From Octopus sinensis (Eukaryota), in assembly GCF_006345805.1 (NCBI RefSeq), contig NC_043018.1:27342001-27406000 (forward strand): a stretch of DNA of 64,000 nt. Reading direction: 5' to 3'. Made by a program: the position numbers and the translations under genes. Position 1 is the stretch's first letter. Every line of letters starts with the position of its first letter. This document shows positions 37,603 through 50,539 of this stretch, piece after piece. Below the pieces are notes generated by a model, which searched no databases, was not told the DNA's origin, and was given only the letters and a program-made list of their open reading frames with translations.

Positions 37603-39032
37603 GTCATTTACTTTTAATCTGCATGTTTGATGCAATCACCTGCCGGGGCACACCCAGCGCCCTAGGGCAAGTGAAGGTTAAGAGTTGTTGAAATATAGCT
37701 GAAATCTTGGGGAGGGGAAGTAGAGATATATCTCCATGTAATGCAAACACAAACATTTACATTGATAGGGTTTTTCTAAGGATGTGGGCAGTACTTGTTA
37801 GCACAATCTTTTGGATTTCCTTGAGACATGGTTTTCCAGGAATATTGTCTAGGTGTTTCTGACATCCCTTTTTTATCATACCTAGGGCACCTACAATAAC
37901 AGGAACAGTTTTTGTTTTAAGATTCCACATCCTCTGTATTTCGATTTCCAGGTCCTTATATTTACTAAGTTTGTCAAATTCCTTGACAGATACATTTTTA
38001 TCAGTGGGGACGCTTACTTCTATTAGTCTGCAGGTATTTTCTTCCCTGTCCTTAACAATTATGTCTGGTCGATTAGCCTTGATCGTTCTGTCAGTGTTGA
38101 CTGGGAAATCCCAGAGGATGGTGACATCTTTACCTTCAACAACTGGCTGAGGATGGTGTTCATACCAGTTAGCAGGAGTGTCGGATTTGTAGTGTTTACA
38201 TATCTTCCAATGTATATACTGTCCTACCCTATCGTGGCGATTTTTGTATTCGTTTGGTGTCAGCACAGGACATCCCGAAACGAGATGGTCTATCGTTTCG
38301 TCAAATGTATCGCAGAATCTGCATTTAGGGTCAGTACCGTTTCGGAGAACGTTAGCCTGGTAATTTCTGGTAAACAAACTTTGATCTTGTGCTGCCATTA
38401 TGAAACATTCAGTTTCTGCTTTCAATCCAGAGCTCTTCAGCCACTGATGGGTTGTTGCTTGGTCTACATCAGCATTTTGGCTTCGGAGAATATATTGTCC
38501 ATGCAGGGGCTTCTGGCTCCACCGCCTCTCAATTTGATTCTGCCCGTTCTTTTTTGCAGTCTGCTTGATTCGCTTTGCTTGCTTGGTAGCAGTGGTTTCC
38601 GGCTCTTCATCTGATTCAAGGTTAATGTCTAGTTCCCTTTCGAACTTATAAGCTTCCTTGACTATAGAATGCTGCTTTTTGCTGCTTTCGTGTTCGCACA
38701 CAAGTCGCAGCATCCAGTCCTTTGTACTAGATAGGTATCTGTTCATTCCTACAGTAGAGGTCTTATAGCACAGCTCTAATTGCATCATTCCTCTCCCCCC
38801 GCTGCTTCTAGGTAGGTACAAGCGGTCTACATCTGCCTTAGGGTGGTGTATGCTCTTGGATGTCAGTAACTTTCTTGTCTTCCTGTCCAAGCGTTGGAGT
38901 TCCGTAAGGTTCCAGTTAATGATGTTAAAACTGTACTGGACTACTGGAAGTGCCAGGGTGTTAATGGCCTCAATGCAATCTTTGGAGTTGAGTTCAGTCT
39001 TCAGTACAAGCCTTATTCTCCTATAGTATTCC

Positions 39033-39035
<3 letters not shown>
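37603..39035 (-). mobile_element. 5'-truncated R4/Dong-like RLE LINE, copy 1, in a (TAA)n array
   Basis: (TTA)n on both sides. Own 3' UTR at 37603-37756. The ORF carries the RT thumb, a CCHC knuckle and a PD-(D/E)xK endonuclease. Confidence 0.92.
37757..39033 (-). CDS. C-terminal ~425 codons of an R4/Dong-like ORF (RT thumb, CCHC zinc knuckle, restriction-like endonuclease)
   Basis: HHPKADVDRLYLPRSSGGRG, CRFC..ETIDHLVSGC, RHD, RPDII..IEVSVP, K..KYKDL, VPVIVGALG. The frame reads open upstream to NKEYYRRIRLVLKTELNS. Confidence 0.9.
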
Positions 39036-39082
<47 letters not shown>

Positions 39083-39102
39083 GTTATTATTATTATTATT
39101 GC

Positions 39103-39175
<73 letters not shown>

Positions 39176-39178
<3 letters not shown>

Positions 39179-40483
39179 TAGTTTTATTTTTATAGCGTGC
39201 TTTCACTTCACTACCGAGCGCAGCTCTGTGTGCCTTGGGTATGTGCTGTGATTTGTTGTGATGCTCTGATGGTTATTGTATGGAAAGTGTTCTGCGTAGG
39301 ATGTGTGCAGTGCCTAGTAGTGCAATTTTCTGTATGTTATATGTGTTTGTAAGTCCTGGTGTTTTTGTTATGTATTTGTCTGAATATTTTTTTATCATGC
39401 CTAATGCACCTACTATGATAGGAATTGTTTCTGTTTTCAAATTCCACATTCTATTTACCTCTATTTCCAGGTCTTTGTATTTTGAGAGTTTCTCCATTTC
39501 TTTTAGAGACACGTTGTCATCAGCCGGTATTGATACATCAATTAGAAAGCATTTTTTTTCTTCATGATCTCTGACAACTATATCTGGTCTGTTGGCCTTA
39601 ATTTCTCTATCTGTGTGTATCGGCATATCCCAGAGTATGGTTGCTTTCTCGTTTCTGTGACCTTTTCTGGTGTGTGCCTATACCATCTTTTTCTGTTGTT
39701 ATTCCATAATGTTGGCATAGCTTCCAATGTATGTAGGTTCCAACTCTGTCATGTCTGTGAATATATTCCTTCTTAGCCAGGACTGGGCAGCTAGAGATAA
39801 TATGATTTATTGTTTCTTGTCCATCTCCACATATTCTGCAGTTACTTGTAATATTTCTTTTCATTACATGTTTTTGGTAATTTCTGGTGGGGAGGCTTTG
39901 GTCTTGTGCTGCAATTAAAAATCCCTCTGTTTCTGCTTTAAGTCCTGAGCTTCTCAACCATTGCTGGGATTTTTCTTTGTCTATTTCTTTTGCGTTTAGT
40001 TTAGTCCAGTATTTACCATGAAGGGGCTTTTCTTTCCATCGTTTTATCATGGTTCGTTGCTGTTCTATTTTTGGTTTGGATTTCATTTGTTTTATAGCTT
40101 TTGTTGTTTCTTCATCTTCCTCTTCTTCTTCTTCATGTTTATTAGGTGGTATGATTTCTTGTTCGTATTTGTCAGCTTCCTTAAATACTGAGAACAGTTT
40201 TTTGTTTTGCTCGTGTTTTGCCGCTATCTGGATCAGTTTTCCTTCCTTCTGAAGTAGATATTTTTGCAGTCCTATGGTGGTTATTTTATAGTAGTTTTCC
40301 AGCTGTATAAGGCCTCTACCACCTTCTATACGTTGTATATATAGTCTTTCTATGTCAGATTTTGGGTGATGCATCCTAGATCCTGTCATTATTTTTCTTG
40401 TTTTCCTATCTATTTTGGTCAGTTCATTTCGTGTCCAGTTAAGGATATTGTAGCTGTAACTTATAACTGGGACAGCTAAAGTG
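39176..40483 (-). mobile_element. 5'-truncated R4/Dong-like RLE LINE, copy 2 (different subfamily), one frameshift near 39620-39700
   Basis: ORFs 39607-40626 and 39273-39626 give HHPKSDIERLY, CRIC..ETINHIISSC, RPDIVV..IDVSIP and PIIVGALG. 3' UTR differs from copy 1. Flanked by (TTA)n. Confidence 0.92.
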
Positions 40484-40495
40484 TTATTATTATTA

Positions 40496-40592
<97 letters not shown>

Positions 40593-40595
40593 CAT

Positions 40596-40990
40596 TGAGG
40601 TAGTTAGCTGGCAGAATCGTTAGCATGATGGAGAAATTGCTTAGTGTTATTTCGTGCGTCTTTATGTTCTGAGTTCAAATTGCGCCGGGGTCACCTTTTA
40701 TCCTTTCGTGTCGATTAACTGAGTACCAGTGAAACAGTATTTCCCCCGAAACTTCAGGCCTTGTGCATTCAGTGGGAAGGATTCTCATTACCACTGAGGC
40801 AGTGAGCTGGCGAAATTGCTCAGTAGCATTTCATATGTCTTTATGAGTTCACACCGATCTCAGCTTTTTCAGATTTCACCCCGATGTCGGCTTTTTCTTC
40901 ATCATTTTCAGATTGATAAATTAAGCTTCTCTGCCTCCCACCTCAAAAACTGCTGGCCTTGTGCTAAAATTTGAAACCATTATCGAAAGG
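40596..40990 (+). mobile_element. SINE family B, two diverged tandem units
   Basis: Head gaggtagttagctggcagaatcgttagc, repeated at about 40795. Confidence 0.7.
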
Positions 40991-41348
40991 GCGGTGCATT
41001 GGAAGAGAGGGGCTAAATAACTAACGGTAATTAGTTAAAACCGTTTCTGTTCTGCGTTCAAATCTTGTCAAGAACATCTTTTTGCCTTTCATCCTTATCA
41101 CCGATTGAAATTAGGCAGCAATCAAATAGTGAAGTTAATATAATAAGCCTACACCTCTTTTACAACTTTTAGCCTCGTTCTGCTGTAACCATCGTCATTC
41201 TTAAGCGAGTGTATCTTGGTAGCACGTACTATCTTTTCGTGAGTTGTTTTAGGTGCTTAAGTGAATCGTGAAATGACACAGATTCTTTCTCGAACAACCT
41301 CGAACAACCTGTGTTTGATCCAGTAAAACATCTGGGAGTGTGAAATCT

Positions 41349-41384
<36 letters not shown>

Positions 41385-42331
41385 GATGCGAGAAAGGAGA
41401 GATTAAGGGAGGGATAAGGGGAGGAAGGGAGAAGAAGGTGAGGGAGGAAAGTGAGAGAATGAGATTTTACAACTTAGAACGAAGCAACGAATTGCTTTGC
41501 TCATGGACATAATGTACTAACCTGACCAGGATTCGAACCTACGACCTTATGATTGTGAGTGCAAAACTGTAACCAATAGAATATGCGTCTACATAAGTCT
41601 TGCTCTAAGTTTAGAATTATTATCGAACAGCTCTCCGAACTTTACTCTTTCACAGTTCATCGCTGCTAGCTATACTTTCTTACACGTAAATATTCCATTT
41701 AATAAATAGAGCCGCAGCCAAATGAATTAATACATTCAAATTCACAGCTGCCGAGGCTATTCCGTGGTGGCTTCCTCAATTAACTATTTGTAACTGTAAA
41801 TTCTATTGTGAATGAGTGATTCTTTACAAAGCCACAGCTGCTGGCATCACTGCGAATAACAAACAAGCACATTGAACATTTTAAAATATAAACCATCTTA
41901 ACTGTCAACGCGTTCAGCAGAGAATCAAATGATATAATGAGAGCAGAAAGAGATTTATCAAGCTACGGCTTTCAATAGATTTTGTGCAAGTCAAAAGTAT
42001 GGAATGCTGCCAGCTGGTCTGTCCTTGAAAGAGTTAAAAGAGGATGAGAAAGTTAAAAAAAAAATAGAAACAAAAAGTTTTTTTCTTTATCGGAACGTTA
42101 ATGAAACCGTGCAGTTGTAAAGAAATTCTTGATGAAGAAATTTGTTTCCTAGCCATGTAGTTTCGTGTTCGACATCGATACTATTCTGCTTCAACCCCAT
42201 GGGCAAGGTTGTCTTCTACAATATTTTCGGTTTGACCAATGCCAGCGAGTGAAATCTGACTGACGGAAACTGCAAAATCTTGTACATAACCGCTTATGTA
42301 TGTGCGTGCATGTTTGTACACATATATAGGC

Positions 42332-42426
<95 letters not shown>

Positions 42427-42602
42427 CATACATACATATATATATGTATCTTCTTTTTTTTTTATTATTATAAATCTTCCACTGAGGAGAGAGCCAGTTT
42501 CTAACAAAGACACAAGGCTTCATCTTTGGGTTGCAGTTAACACAGACAAATTCACATTTGGAACTTGAGAAAATTCTTGCATATATTTACTGTTCCACTC
42601 AC

Positions 42603-42646
42603 AGATTGCACTTGTAATGTACGAATTAGCAGGTTGATTTCTCTTT
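42603..42646 (-). CDS. Candidate short host exon
   Basis: ttttcag acceptor and GTGAGT donor. Frame REINLLIRTLQVQS. Confidence 0.25.
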
Positions 42647-43197
42647 CTGAAAATCCCATGTTATCCAGATTCTCCTTTGTATGTATGTATGTATGTATGT
42701 ATGTATGTATGTATGTATGTATGTATGTATGTATGTATGTATGTATGTATGTATGTATGCAGGTATGTATGTATGCATGTATGTATGCATGTACCTATGT
42801 ATGTATGTATCTATGTATGTATGTACGTATGTATGTATATATAACATACAAATATATAATAATTTAATAAATAAAATATATGCATACATACATACATGTA
42901 TGTACGTACCTACATCTACATGTATATATACATGCATAAAACACAAAAAACAAAGAAATTGTACTTCATACACGATGTAGAATTCATATTTATTCAGTCC
43001 TTTGCACCTCAGGTTCTAAATACGAGAAGTTGTTCCGGAAACTAGAATTAGATCGAGAGAGGAAGTTGATGGGAGACTGTTATTTCGATTCTCACCTGAC
43101 GAGATCAGACAGGTGTTTGTGTTGCACATTTATAGAGAATGTTGTTGCAATGTAAGAGAGGGAAAGCAGATATGACGAGCACAAGTCAGGTTGTTAT

Positions 43198-43584
43198 GGT
43201 GGAAGCACTCCGTCGGTTACGACGACGAGAGTTCCGGTAGATCCGATCAACGGAACAGCCTGCTCGTGAAATTAACGTGTAAGTGGCTGAGCACTCCACA
43301 GACACGTGTACCCTTAACGTAGTATCTCGGGGATATTCAGCGTGACACAGAGAGTGACAAGGCCGGCCCTTTGAAATACAGGTATAACAGAAACAGGAAG
43401 TAAGAGTGAGAGAAAGTTGTGGTGAAAGAGTACAGCAGGGATCACCACCATCCCTGCCGGAGCCTCGTGGAGCTTTTAGGTGTTTTCGCTCAATAAACAC
43501 TCACAACGCCCGGTCTGGGAATCGAAACCGCGATCCTACGACCGCGAGTCCGCTGCCCTAACCACTGGGCCATTGCGCCTCCAC
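43198..43584 (-). mobile_element. Young SINE family C with an 11-bp TSD
   Basis: Near-identical to 30661-31046. TSD caggttgttat at 43187-43197 / 43585-43595. Confidence 0.9.
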
Positions 43585-43639
43585 CAGGTTGTTATACAGA
43601 AACGTTAATAGTGTAGTGGTTGCAGTAAGTATGGAGAGC

Positions 43640-44110
43640 ACATTGGATGGGTGCATGGAGGTTGTTCAAATAGGAAATATTTCCGAGGACAGCAGAGGCA
43701 ATGTTTCTGATTTCCTAATTTGTGGTATTACTGACTGTTTCAGGATCTGGAATAACTCACCAAATGTTAGCTTACACTTTCGCGCTTCGTTGTTATATGG
43801 ATTGGCTCTGTTCCATGACCATTCGAACAAGTTTAGATCAGTAGCTTTTGACCTTCAAATTGATTGGGATAAATAGGTAGAATATTCCTTGATTCTCGAC
43901 TTAAATGAGTTTAAATGTCGGTTATATTGCTTCATCAAGGTGTTTGTGGTAAGACCTGTATCATTTTCTTGGTCCAATCTTTTCAGATGGTGTTATATTG
44001 AAGCCAGTTATAGACACAAGCCATGATTAAGTATTTTATTGGTGGCACAAAATAATTTTCGGCATAATCTCTGATTGAGACATTTCACGGGATCCCATCT
44101 ATTACAACAA
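43640..44110 (-). mobile_element. Decayed Penelope-like GIY-YIG C-terminal fragment
   Basis: Minus-strand YTGLTTNTLMKQYNRHLNSFKSRIKEYSTYLSQSI*..EWSWNRANPYNNEARKCKL-like peptide with stops and frameshifts. Confidence 0.6.
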
Positions 44111-44756
44111 TGCACTTGGAAAATTTGGCCTTAACGAGGAACCAATATGTGACAGACACTTACACACACAGCTACAGAACCAGGAAAAAGAATCAACAAT
44201 CTGGTTTAATCCATCCTTTAACATGATTGTAGTCCCCAGCAAAACTAGAAGAGGCTCATTTATGATACAAAATCGAAGAACAGAAAAATTTTATTTTAAA
44301 ATGACTAACAGAAACTGAGATATCAATTATTACATAAGCACTCGTGTGAACGGATGTCCGTCGGTTTCAACGACATTCGATAATCTGAATTAGCCTATTG
44401 AATTAGAGGGTAAGTGGCTGAGTATTCCACAGCATAATCCTCAGGCTGAAGAGATGTGGTGCAGTTTGTGACATAATTTAATAGTTTAGCTACAGGTATA
44501 ATCCATCCAACGAGCTTCTGCACAGTTTCCAACTACCTAGTTTCAAATGGAAGTCATCGGACGCCTCTAGCTTCAGTAAATAACCTTTGTCGAAGATACT
44601 ACCCAGATCGAACTCGGGATCTCGCAACTGGGAACAAACTTCTGAACCATATAGCCACGGCTTCGTTTATCGTAACTACACACACACACTCACACACACT
44701 CACACACACACACGCACGCACGCACACACACACGCGCACACACACACACGCTAACA

Positions 44757-44787
<31 letters not shown>

Positions 44788-44802
44788 TCACACACTCACA
44801 CA

Positions 44803-44843
<41 letters not shown>

Positions 44844-45490
44844 TCAAATTTACCTCAATTTCATTACCGAGATATATGGTAGTAATCGATTTTGATAGAG
44901 TAATCGATATTTTGATGTATCTCGGTAAAAAAAAAATATCAAAATCAATAAATGTTAAACAGTGCTACAAGAGCATTGTGAAACATTTGTGATGGTCTGG
45001 AGTGGGATGAGGAGGAAGGGGAGGAGGAGGAGGAGTAAGGGTGCAATCAATTATAACGGTCCACAATTGTTGATTATCACTTTATTTTATCGACAAAATA
45101 GACCTTTAGCTATTAAAGTCAATAACTGTCCAATAATAAACAGCTTCTAACATTGAAACAAGGTCACGCATTTTAAGAGAGGAAAGGTTGGTTCTTTACA
45201 CTCAGGACTTCAGTACTTTATTATCGACCTCTGGAATGAAGGGTGAAAGGCAAAGTTGATCTCATCGAAATTTAGAATCTTTATCTTAAGTAGACAATAG
45301 AAAGGACTTTGTATGTTGCTTCACCTATTCAGCTATCCAACCTTTCTTTTATTTTAACTGCTTAACCGTTTAGAAAGAAAAGAAGAAAGAAATCAGGCAT
45401 TAGGAACATTGATATAAGAAAATACTGTGTCGGGCCCTAGGAAACTTAGGGCTAGTTCTCTGGATTCCAGGGTCTATAAGGGTGTACAAC

Positions 45491-45668
45491 TGTTTCATAA
45501 CTTTAAAAAAATGTAAATAATTTATATTATTATATTTAAAAATAAATTGCTTACATTACCTGCATTAATGCCAAATACGAAAAAAATCCTTCAAAATAAT
45601 GCACGTAAGTAATCTATTTATTATTAAAAATAATATAATTTATTTACATGTTTGTAAGTTACGAAACA
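45491..45668. repeat. Degenerate AT-rich inverted-repeat element (MITE-like)
   Basis: tgtttcataact..tgtaaataatttatattatt pairs imperfectly with aataatataatttatttaca..agttacgaaaca, giving arms of about 60 bp. Confidence 0.5.
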
Positions 45669-45696
45669 ATTTGTGGCGATATTAGAATTTTCTTAC

Positions 45697-46141
45697 CTAT
45701 ACATATAAAGCTGAAGTTGTCAGTGTGTGTGTGTGGGGGGCAGGTTTGGTAGCCTTCAACTAACACTATCTCTTCCGAGACCCCGCGGCGCAAGTTGACC
45801 AAAATTGAGAGTATGATAGAAGAAGGCTTTCTCTTCATTCCGTAGAAGAAAAAATTCAAATCGGACTATCTTAAGACCAAAAATTATTTACATCAAAAAG
45901 GTGCTTTTTTTTAAGAAAATACCTATTTTTTACGATTTTTTGAATGCTGTGTCGCAATTTTTCGTATATTTCAACCAGAAAAATGTTCACTTAAAGAGAA
46001 TAACAAGCTACACAATGCCTAATTTTTACTTTTCAAAAATGACTGAAACTATGTCAAAACTTTGTTAACGTGACATCAAAGTCTGCCGTTTTAAACGCAA
46101 CTAAAAAACAAACCCGAGAAACGCCGGGCTATACTGCGGTT
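45697..46141 (+). mobile_element. Non-autonomous Helitron-like element
   Basis: 5' (c)ctatacatataaagctg start and a subterminal hairpin acccgagaaacgccggg. The CTAG terminus is degenerate. Confidence 0.5.
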
Positions 46142-46190
46142 TGTTAAATAAAATTTTATCAAACTATTCCTGTCATTTATGACTCTATAA

Positions 46191-46333
46191 CAGTGCTCAG
46201 CAACCATTTTTCACTCGTGGTACACTTATATTCTTTTCAAAATTGGGCGACACACCTGAACTAAAAATATAATTATATTCAGGTTACACTGCGGCAAACC
46301 TAACATCTCGTGGTGCACCGGTTGCAGAACCTG
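46191..46333. mobile_element. hAT-type MITE (143 bp)
   Basis: TIRs CAGTGCTCAGCAACC / GGTTGCAGAACCTG. 8-bp TSD ctctataa / ctctatac. Confidence 0.7.
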
Positions 46334-46760
46334 CTCTATACACTCATTGTTTTTCCCTGTATCGTACTATATACCCTGTTTCGTAGAATGATACATTAAG
46401 GAGCTTTTTTATGAGTACAGCCGGATTACTTGAAACCATATATTGTGACTTAAAGCATATATATATATATATATAAATGTATAGGTTTATTATATATATG
46501 TATATATATGTGCATATATATATGTATATATGTATATATATATGTGTATATAAATGTATATATATGTATATATATATATCTGTAAAATAAATATGTGACA
46601 ATTATTCAGTAGCCAAGATAAAACTCTGAGTGTCGGATGCCGAGGTGGAAATCCACAACACCATCTCTTCGGTTATCTGGCCATCTGATAATTTTCCTCT
46701 ATTTACATGATATTGTGGCCTCTCTTTCTTTTGTTATCTTACCGATTTATACCAATATGT

Positions 46761-46811
<51 letters not shown>

Positions 46812-46920
46812 CAAACATATATGTATACACATATATATACATACATATATATATGTATATGCATATATATATACATGTATATACATAGATATATATATAT
46901 ACATATATATATATACATAC

Positions 46921-46966
<46 letters not shown>

Positions 46967-47221
46967 TTATAAATGAGGTGAAAAATAGTGGTCCATCTTA
47001 TATTTATGTATATATATATAAGCAATATGTGGACAAGATATGTTAATATGTCAAGTGTAAACAGAGTTGGCTGTTATAATAACCGAGTAAGGGCTAAAAT
47101 ATCCGTATATACCAGCGGTGTACGTTCCCGTGTTGTCCCCGGGCATTGGTGTGCAGGCACACTATGCACGTAGAGTACAGGTAACAAAAGGATAAACAAG
47201 AATTTATCAGGAAACAAATAC

Positions 47222-47428
47222 AAGTAATCAGAAAATGGAGAAAACGTCAGATTAACAAACACATCGATTGGACCACATTTAAAGCTTTTTTTTTACAAAG
47301 CATAACATAGATATGTCACATCACCTATTTGTTACGTCATGCTTTGTATTAAAAAAACTAAGCTATAAATAATGTGGTGCAATCTATGTGTTTGTTTATC
47401 TGAGGTTTACTCCATTTTCTGTTTACTT
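47222..47428. repeat. Imperfect ~200-bp fold-back upstream of the 47473 hammerhead
   Basis: aagtaatcagaaaatggag..caaagcataac pairs with gtcatgctttgt..ctccattttctgtttactt. Confidence 0.7.
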
Positions 47429-47472
47429 ATATATATATATATGTGGTAACATCTGAAATGTTGTCGTGGTAT

Positions 47473-47552
47473 ATGTTTGGCTGATGAAGATAGATCAAGT
47501 TTATGGGTGCAGACATATCTTGAAAAATCTGAAACCGGCGCCGGTCCCACAT
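47473..47552 (+). ncRNA. Type-I hammerhead ribozyme fold with a long stem II
   Basis: AUGU(UU)GG-CUGAUGA-AGAU..UCAAG..CUUGA..AUCU-GAAAC-CGGCGCCG-GUC-CCACAU. GUC triplet at 47544-47546. Self-complementary stem III ACCGGCGCCGGU. Confidence 0.75.
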
Positions 47553-47737
47553 TATCCTTTTCTAGGTATTTCATCTTTCAGATGTTCTCCCTGGAGGTAA
47601 GACAATTTTTTCTAGTTTGTTGCACTCACGCATTTTTGCTAGTACATACGCGGTGAAGCTATACATTAGCGTCATATTATTACATTCGCTATTTCCAGTA
47701 AATATCGGTACTTTGTTGTGCCATATATTTACTTCGT

Positions 47738-47789
<52 letters not shown>

Positions 47790-47899
47790 ATCCAAACAAG
47801 AAAACACAAAAAAACACAGCAACGCGAGGACGTGGAACAAATAAAGTATTATTGGACGCCCAGGAAAGAAGGGAAGAAGAAGGGTTATATATATATATC

Positions 47900-47933
<34 letters not shown>

Positions 47934-48253
47934 TATATATATATATATATATAATGTATGTATGAATGTGCATGTATACATATGTATATATATATATTGA
48001 TAGATAAACAGATAGATATATACTTGTGTGTGTGTGCATCTCTTTGTGGCTGTGTTTGTTCCCCAACATCGCTTGACAACCGGTGTTGGTTTGTTTACAA
48101 ATAGAATAAGTACCTGGCTCGATTAATGCCACTAAAATTATTCAAGGCGGTACCCCAGCATGACCGCAGTCTATTGACTGAAACAGGTAATAGACAAAAG
48201 CTATTCACAAAACAGTATCACCGAAGTCTTCAAATTCGCTCCATAATTACCCA

Positions 48254-48327
48254 CGGGCACATGGCGTAGTGATTAAGAGCGCGGGACCTAAACCCCAAGA
48301 TTTCGAGTTCGAATAATAATAATAACA

Positions 48328-48365
<38 letters not shown>

Positions 48366-48504
48366 GATGATGATGATGATGATCGAAATTTCCTCGAGAG
48401 GGTATATCAGCCAAAACGTTGTGTTTACAACAAACAAGATGAGGACAAATATCCGTCAAATATAAATAATGTACATAATTCCTCATCTCTTAAATATAGA
48501 ACTG
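48254..48504 (+). mobile_element. Second copy of the tRNA-head/hammerhead composite SINE, with the CUGAUGA strand deleted
   Basis: Same head, (AAT/GAT)n spacer and tail (agggtatatcagcc.aaacgttgtg..gatgaggacaaatatc). Confidence 0.75.
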
Positions 48505-48683
48505 AAAAACTAGAATATAACAACAGGTGACTGAGAACAAATAAATTGAGCTGGCGTGTATGAAGTGAAAACTTAAGCGGTATTGGCGGTCGGTAGTCAA
48601 GCCAAGAAAGAAAGATCATGGCTGGTCGGACACCGGTCACGTGGAAGGAGGAGAGAGGGTAGGGCAGCATATATATATATAAT

Positions 48684-48765
<82 letters not shown>

Positions 48766-49002
48766 GTACATACATATATACGGCAGTCTTCCACACAGTT
48801 TCCCTCAATCAAATCCATTCACAAGCCATTGGTCGGAAGATACTTACCCAATGCGTCGCGCTGTGGTATTGAACCCGTGGTTGCAAAGCGATCTTCTTAT
48901 CCACGCAGTTACGCCTCTGTGTAAGTAAATACTATGACGTATTCTGTCGGGTGTTTTACTAGTGGTGGGGGAGCATATGCCGTCCTGTTGCTACATCCCA
49001 TA

Positions 49003-49045
<43 letters not shown>

Positions 49046-50539
49046 TATATATATATGCATATATATGCATGTATATTTTATTCTTTTTTATATATTATGT
49101 TTGACTGAATGATAAATCAGTTTTGTCTTATTTCCGTAAAAGAAAAGCGGATGTTCCCGCATCACGCCCATAAGGTGTGGAAGATGTGCTGGTACTTATT
49201 CCAGTTTAAATTCATATTTTTTCCTGCCATTTAATGTATTGGCAATCAAACTTTTCCGCCTTCTTTCCAGTAGAAGAGCGCTTAAAGGGAACATTTTAAA
49301 TTCGCCAGTTTTGGCAAAAAAAAAACAAAAACAAAAAAAAAAAATAAAATAACTCTTAAATTATAGGCCACACCCTGTTATTTAATTTTCATATAACTTA
49401 CAACCTAGTTTTGCATTAGACCCAAGTTTATATCAATTACGTCACTGTTGCTTTTAAGAAATACATGGACGTCAATACAATCCCTCTTCTTCGTTTCACC
49501 TAAATATAGGGGCCATCGCACCCAGAAAAAAACAATAACAAAAAAAAAAAAAAACCAATTACACCTATTCACTCCTCGAAAATCAAATAGTTTATGAATA
49601 AATCTTTAAAATGAAGATGTACTCGTTAATTAGTAAATAATGTGTGTAAAGGAAAGGCAATGTCGTCAGAACGGTATTTTGTCTCTTCTCATTGCGTTTG
49701 GAGTTCAAATCGCGCTGAGGTCGATTTGGCTTTTCATGATTCGGGGCCGATAAGCTAAAGGATTAGTCGTTAACCGAGACCGATTTAATGAGCAACTGCC
49801 TCCCAGAAAATTTCTGGCCTTGTTCTTTTAGAAATAATAGTATAATATTCTGTCTATTAGAGAGAAAACGATTTAATATTTACATTTATAACAATGTTTC
49901 ATTCGGCTTCATCTCCAACCGTCTTCAGGTAAATGTCTTTTTTCTGAATGTATTCTACATATGGCTATGGAATGAAGTTGCTATTGATAAAGATCACATC
50001 GTTCGTTTACAAATTGCTGACTGCAATAAACATTTTCCATCCATCCATTGAAGCCTTCATAGTCAATAAGGGTCCCACGATAGAATGAGTAGTTTAGGTC
50101 AACAGTGTCATTCGAATACTAAAGCGGAATTTAGAGCAAAAACTCAAGGGGCGGAATAAATACCGGTTTGGCATTTCATCCGACGTCCTAACAATTCTGC
50201 AAAGCCAATGCCGCCCAAAACTGACATTTTATTTATCGACCCGAAAATTTGAAAAGCAGGGTCGGCGTCTGCAGGATTCGAGCTCAGAGCTTAGAGAACT
50301 GTTACAAATACACAAAGAGTATTATCTGACGCTCTAACGACTCCTTAGTGGAGTAGTATGGAAATTTGGAAAAGTCAAAGAAGTAGAACGCATAGAACCT
50401 GCTGAAAAATACAAAACAACAAAATAATCAGTTCTCTCAGATGCTGGCACCAACTCAGTACGACGATTGTACGAAGAAAACGTAGCTAAATAATCTAAAA
50501 CCGAAGATTGATTGTAATTGGTAAAGATAAAAGTTACCT

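Noticed and set aside
43060-43120. ctgacgagatc / gagaatcgaaat hammerhead-like motif
   Set aside because: Neither strand gives a contiguous core with paired stems I and III.
50010-50119. Minus-strand exon YSNDTVDLNYSFYRGTLIDYEGFNGWMENVYCSQQF
   Set aside because: The acceptor and first half align to decayed SINE B sequence.
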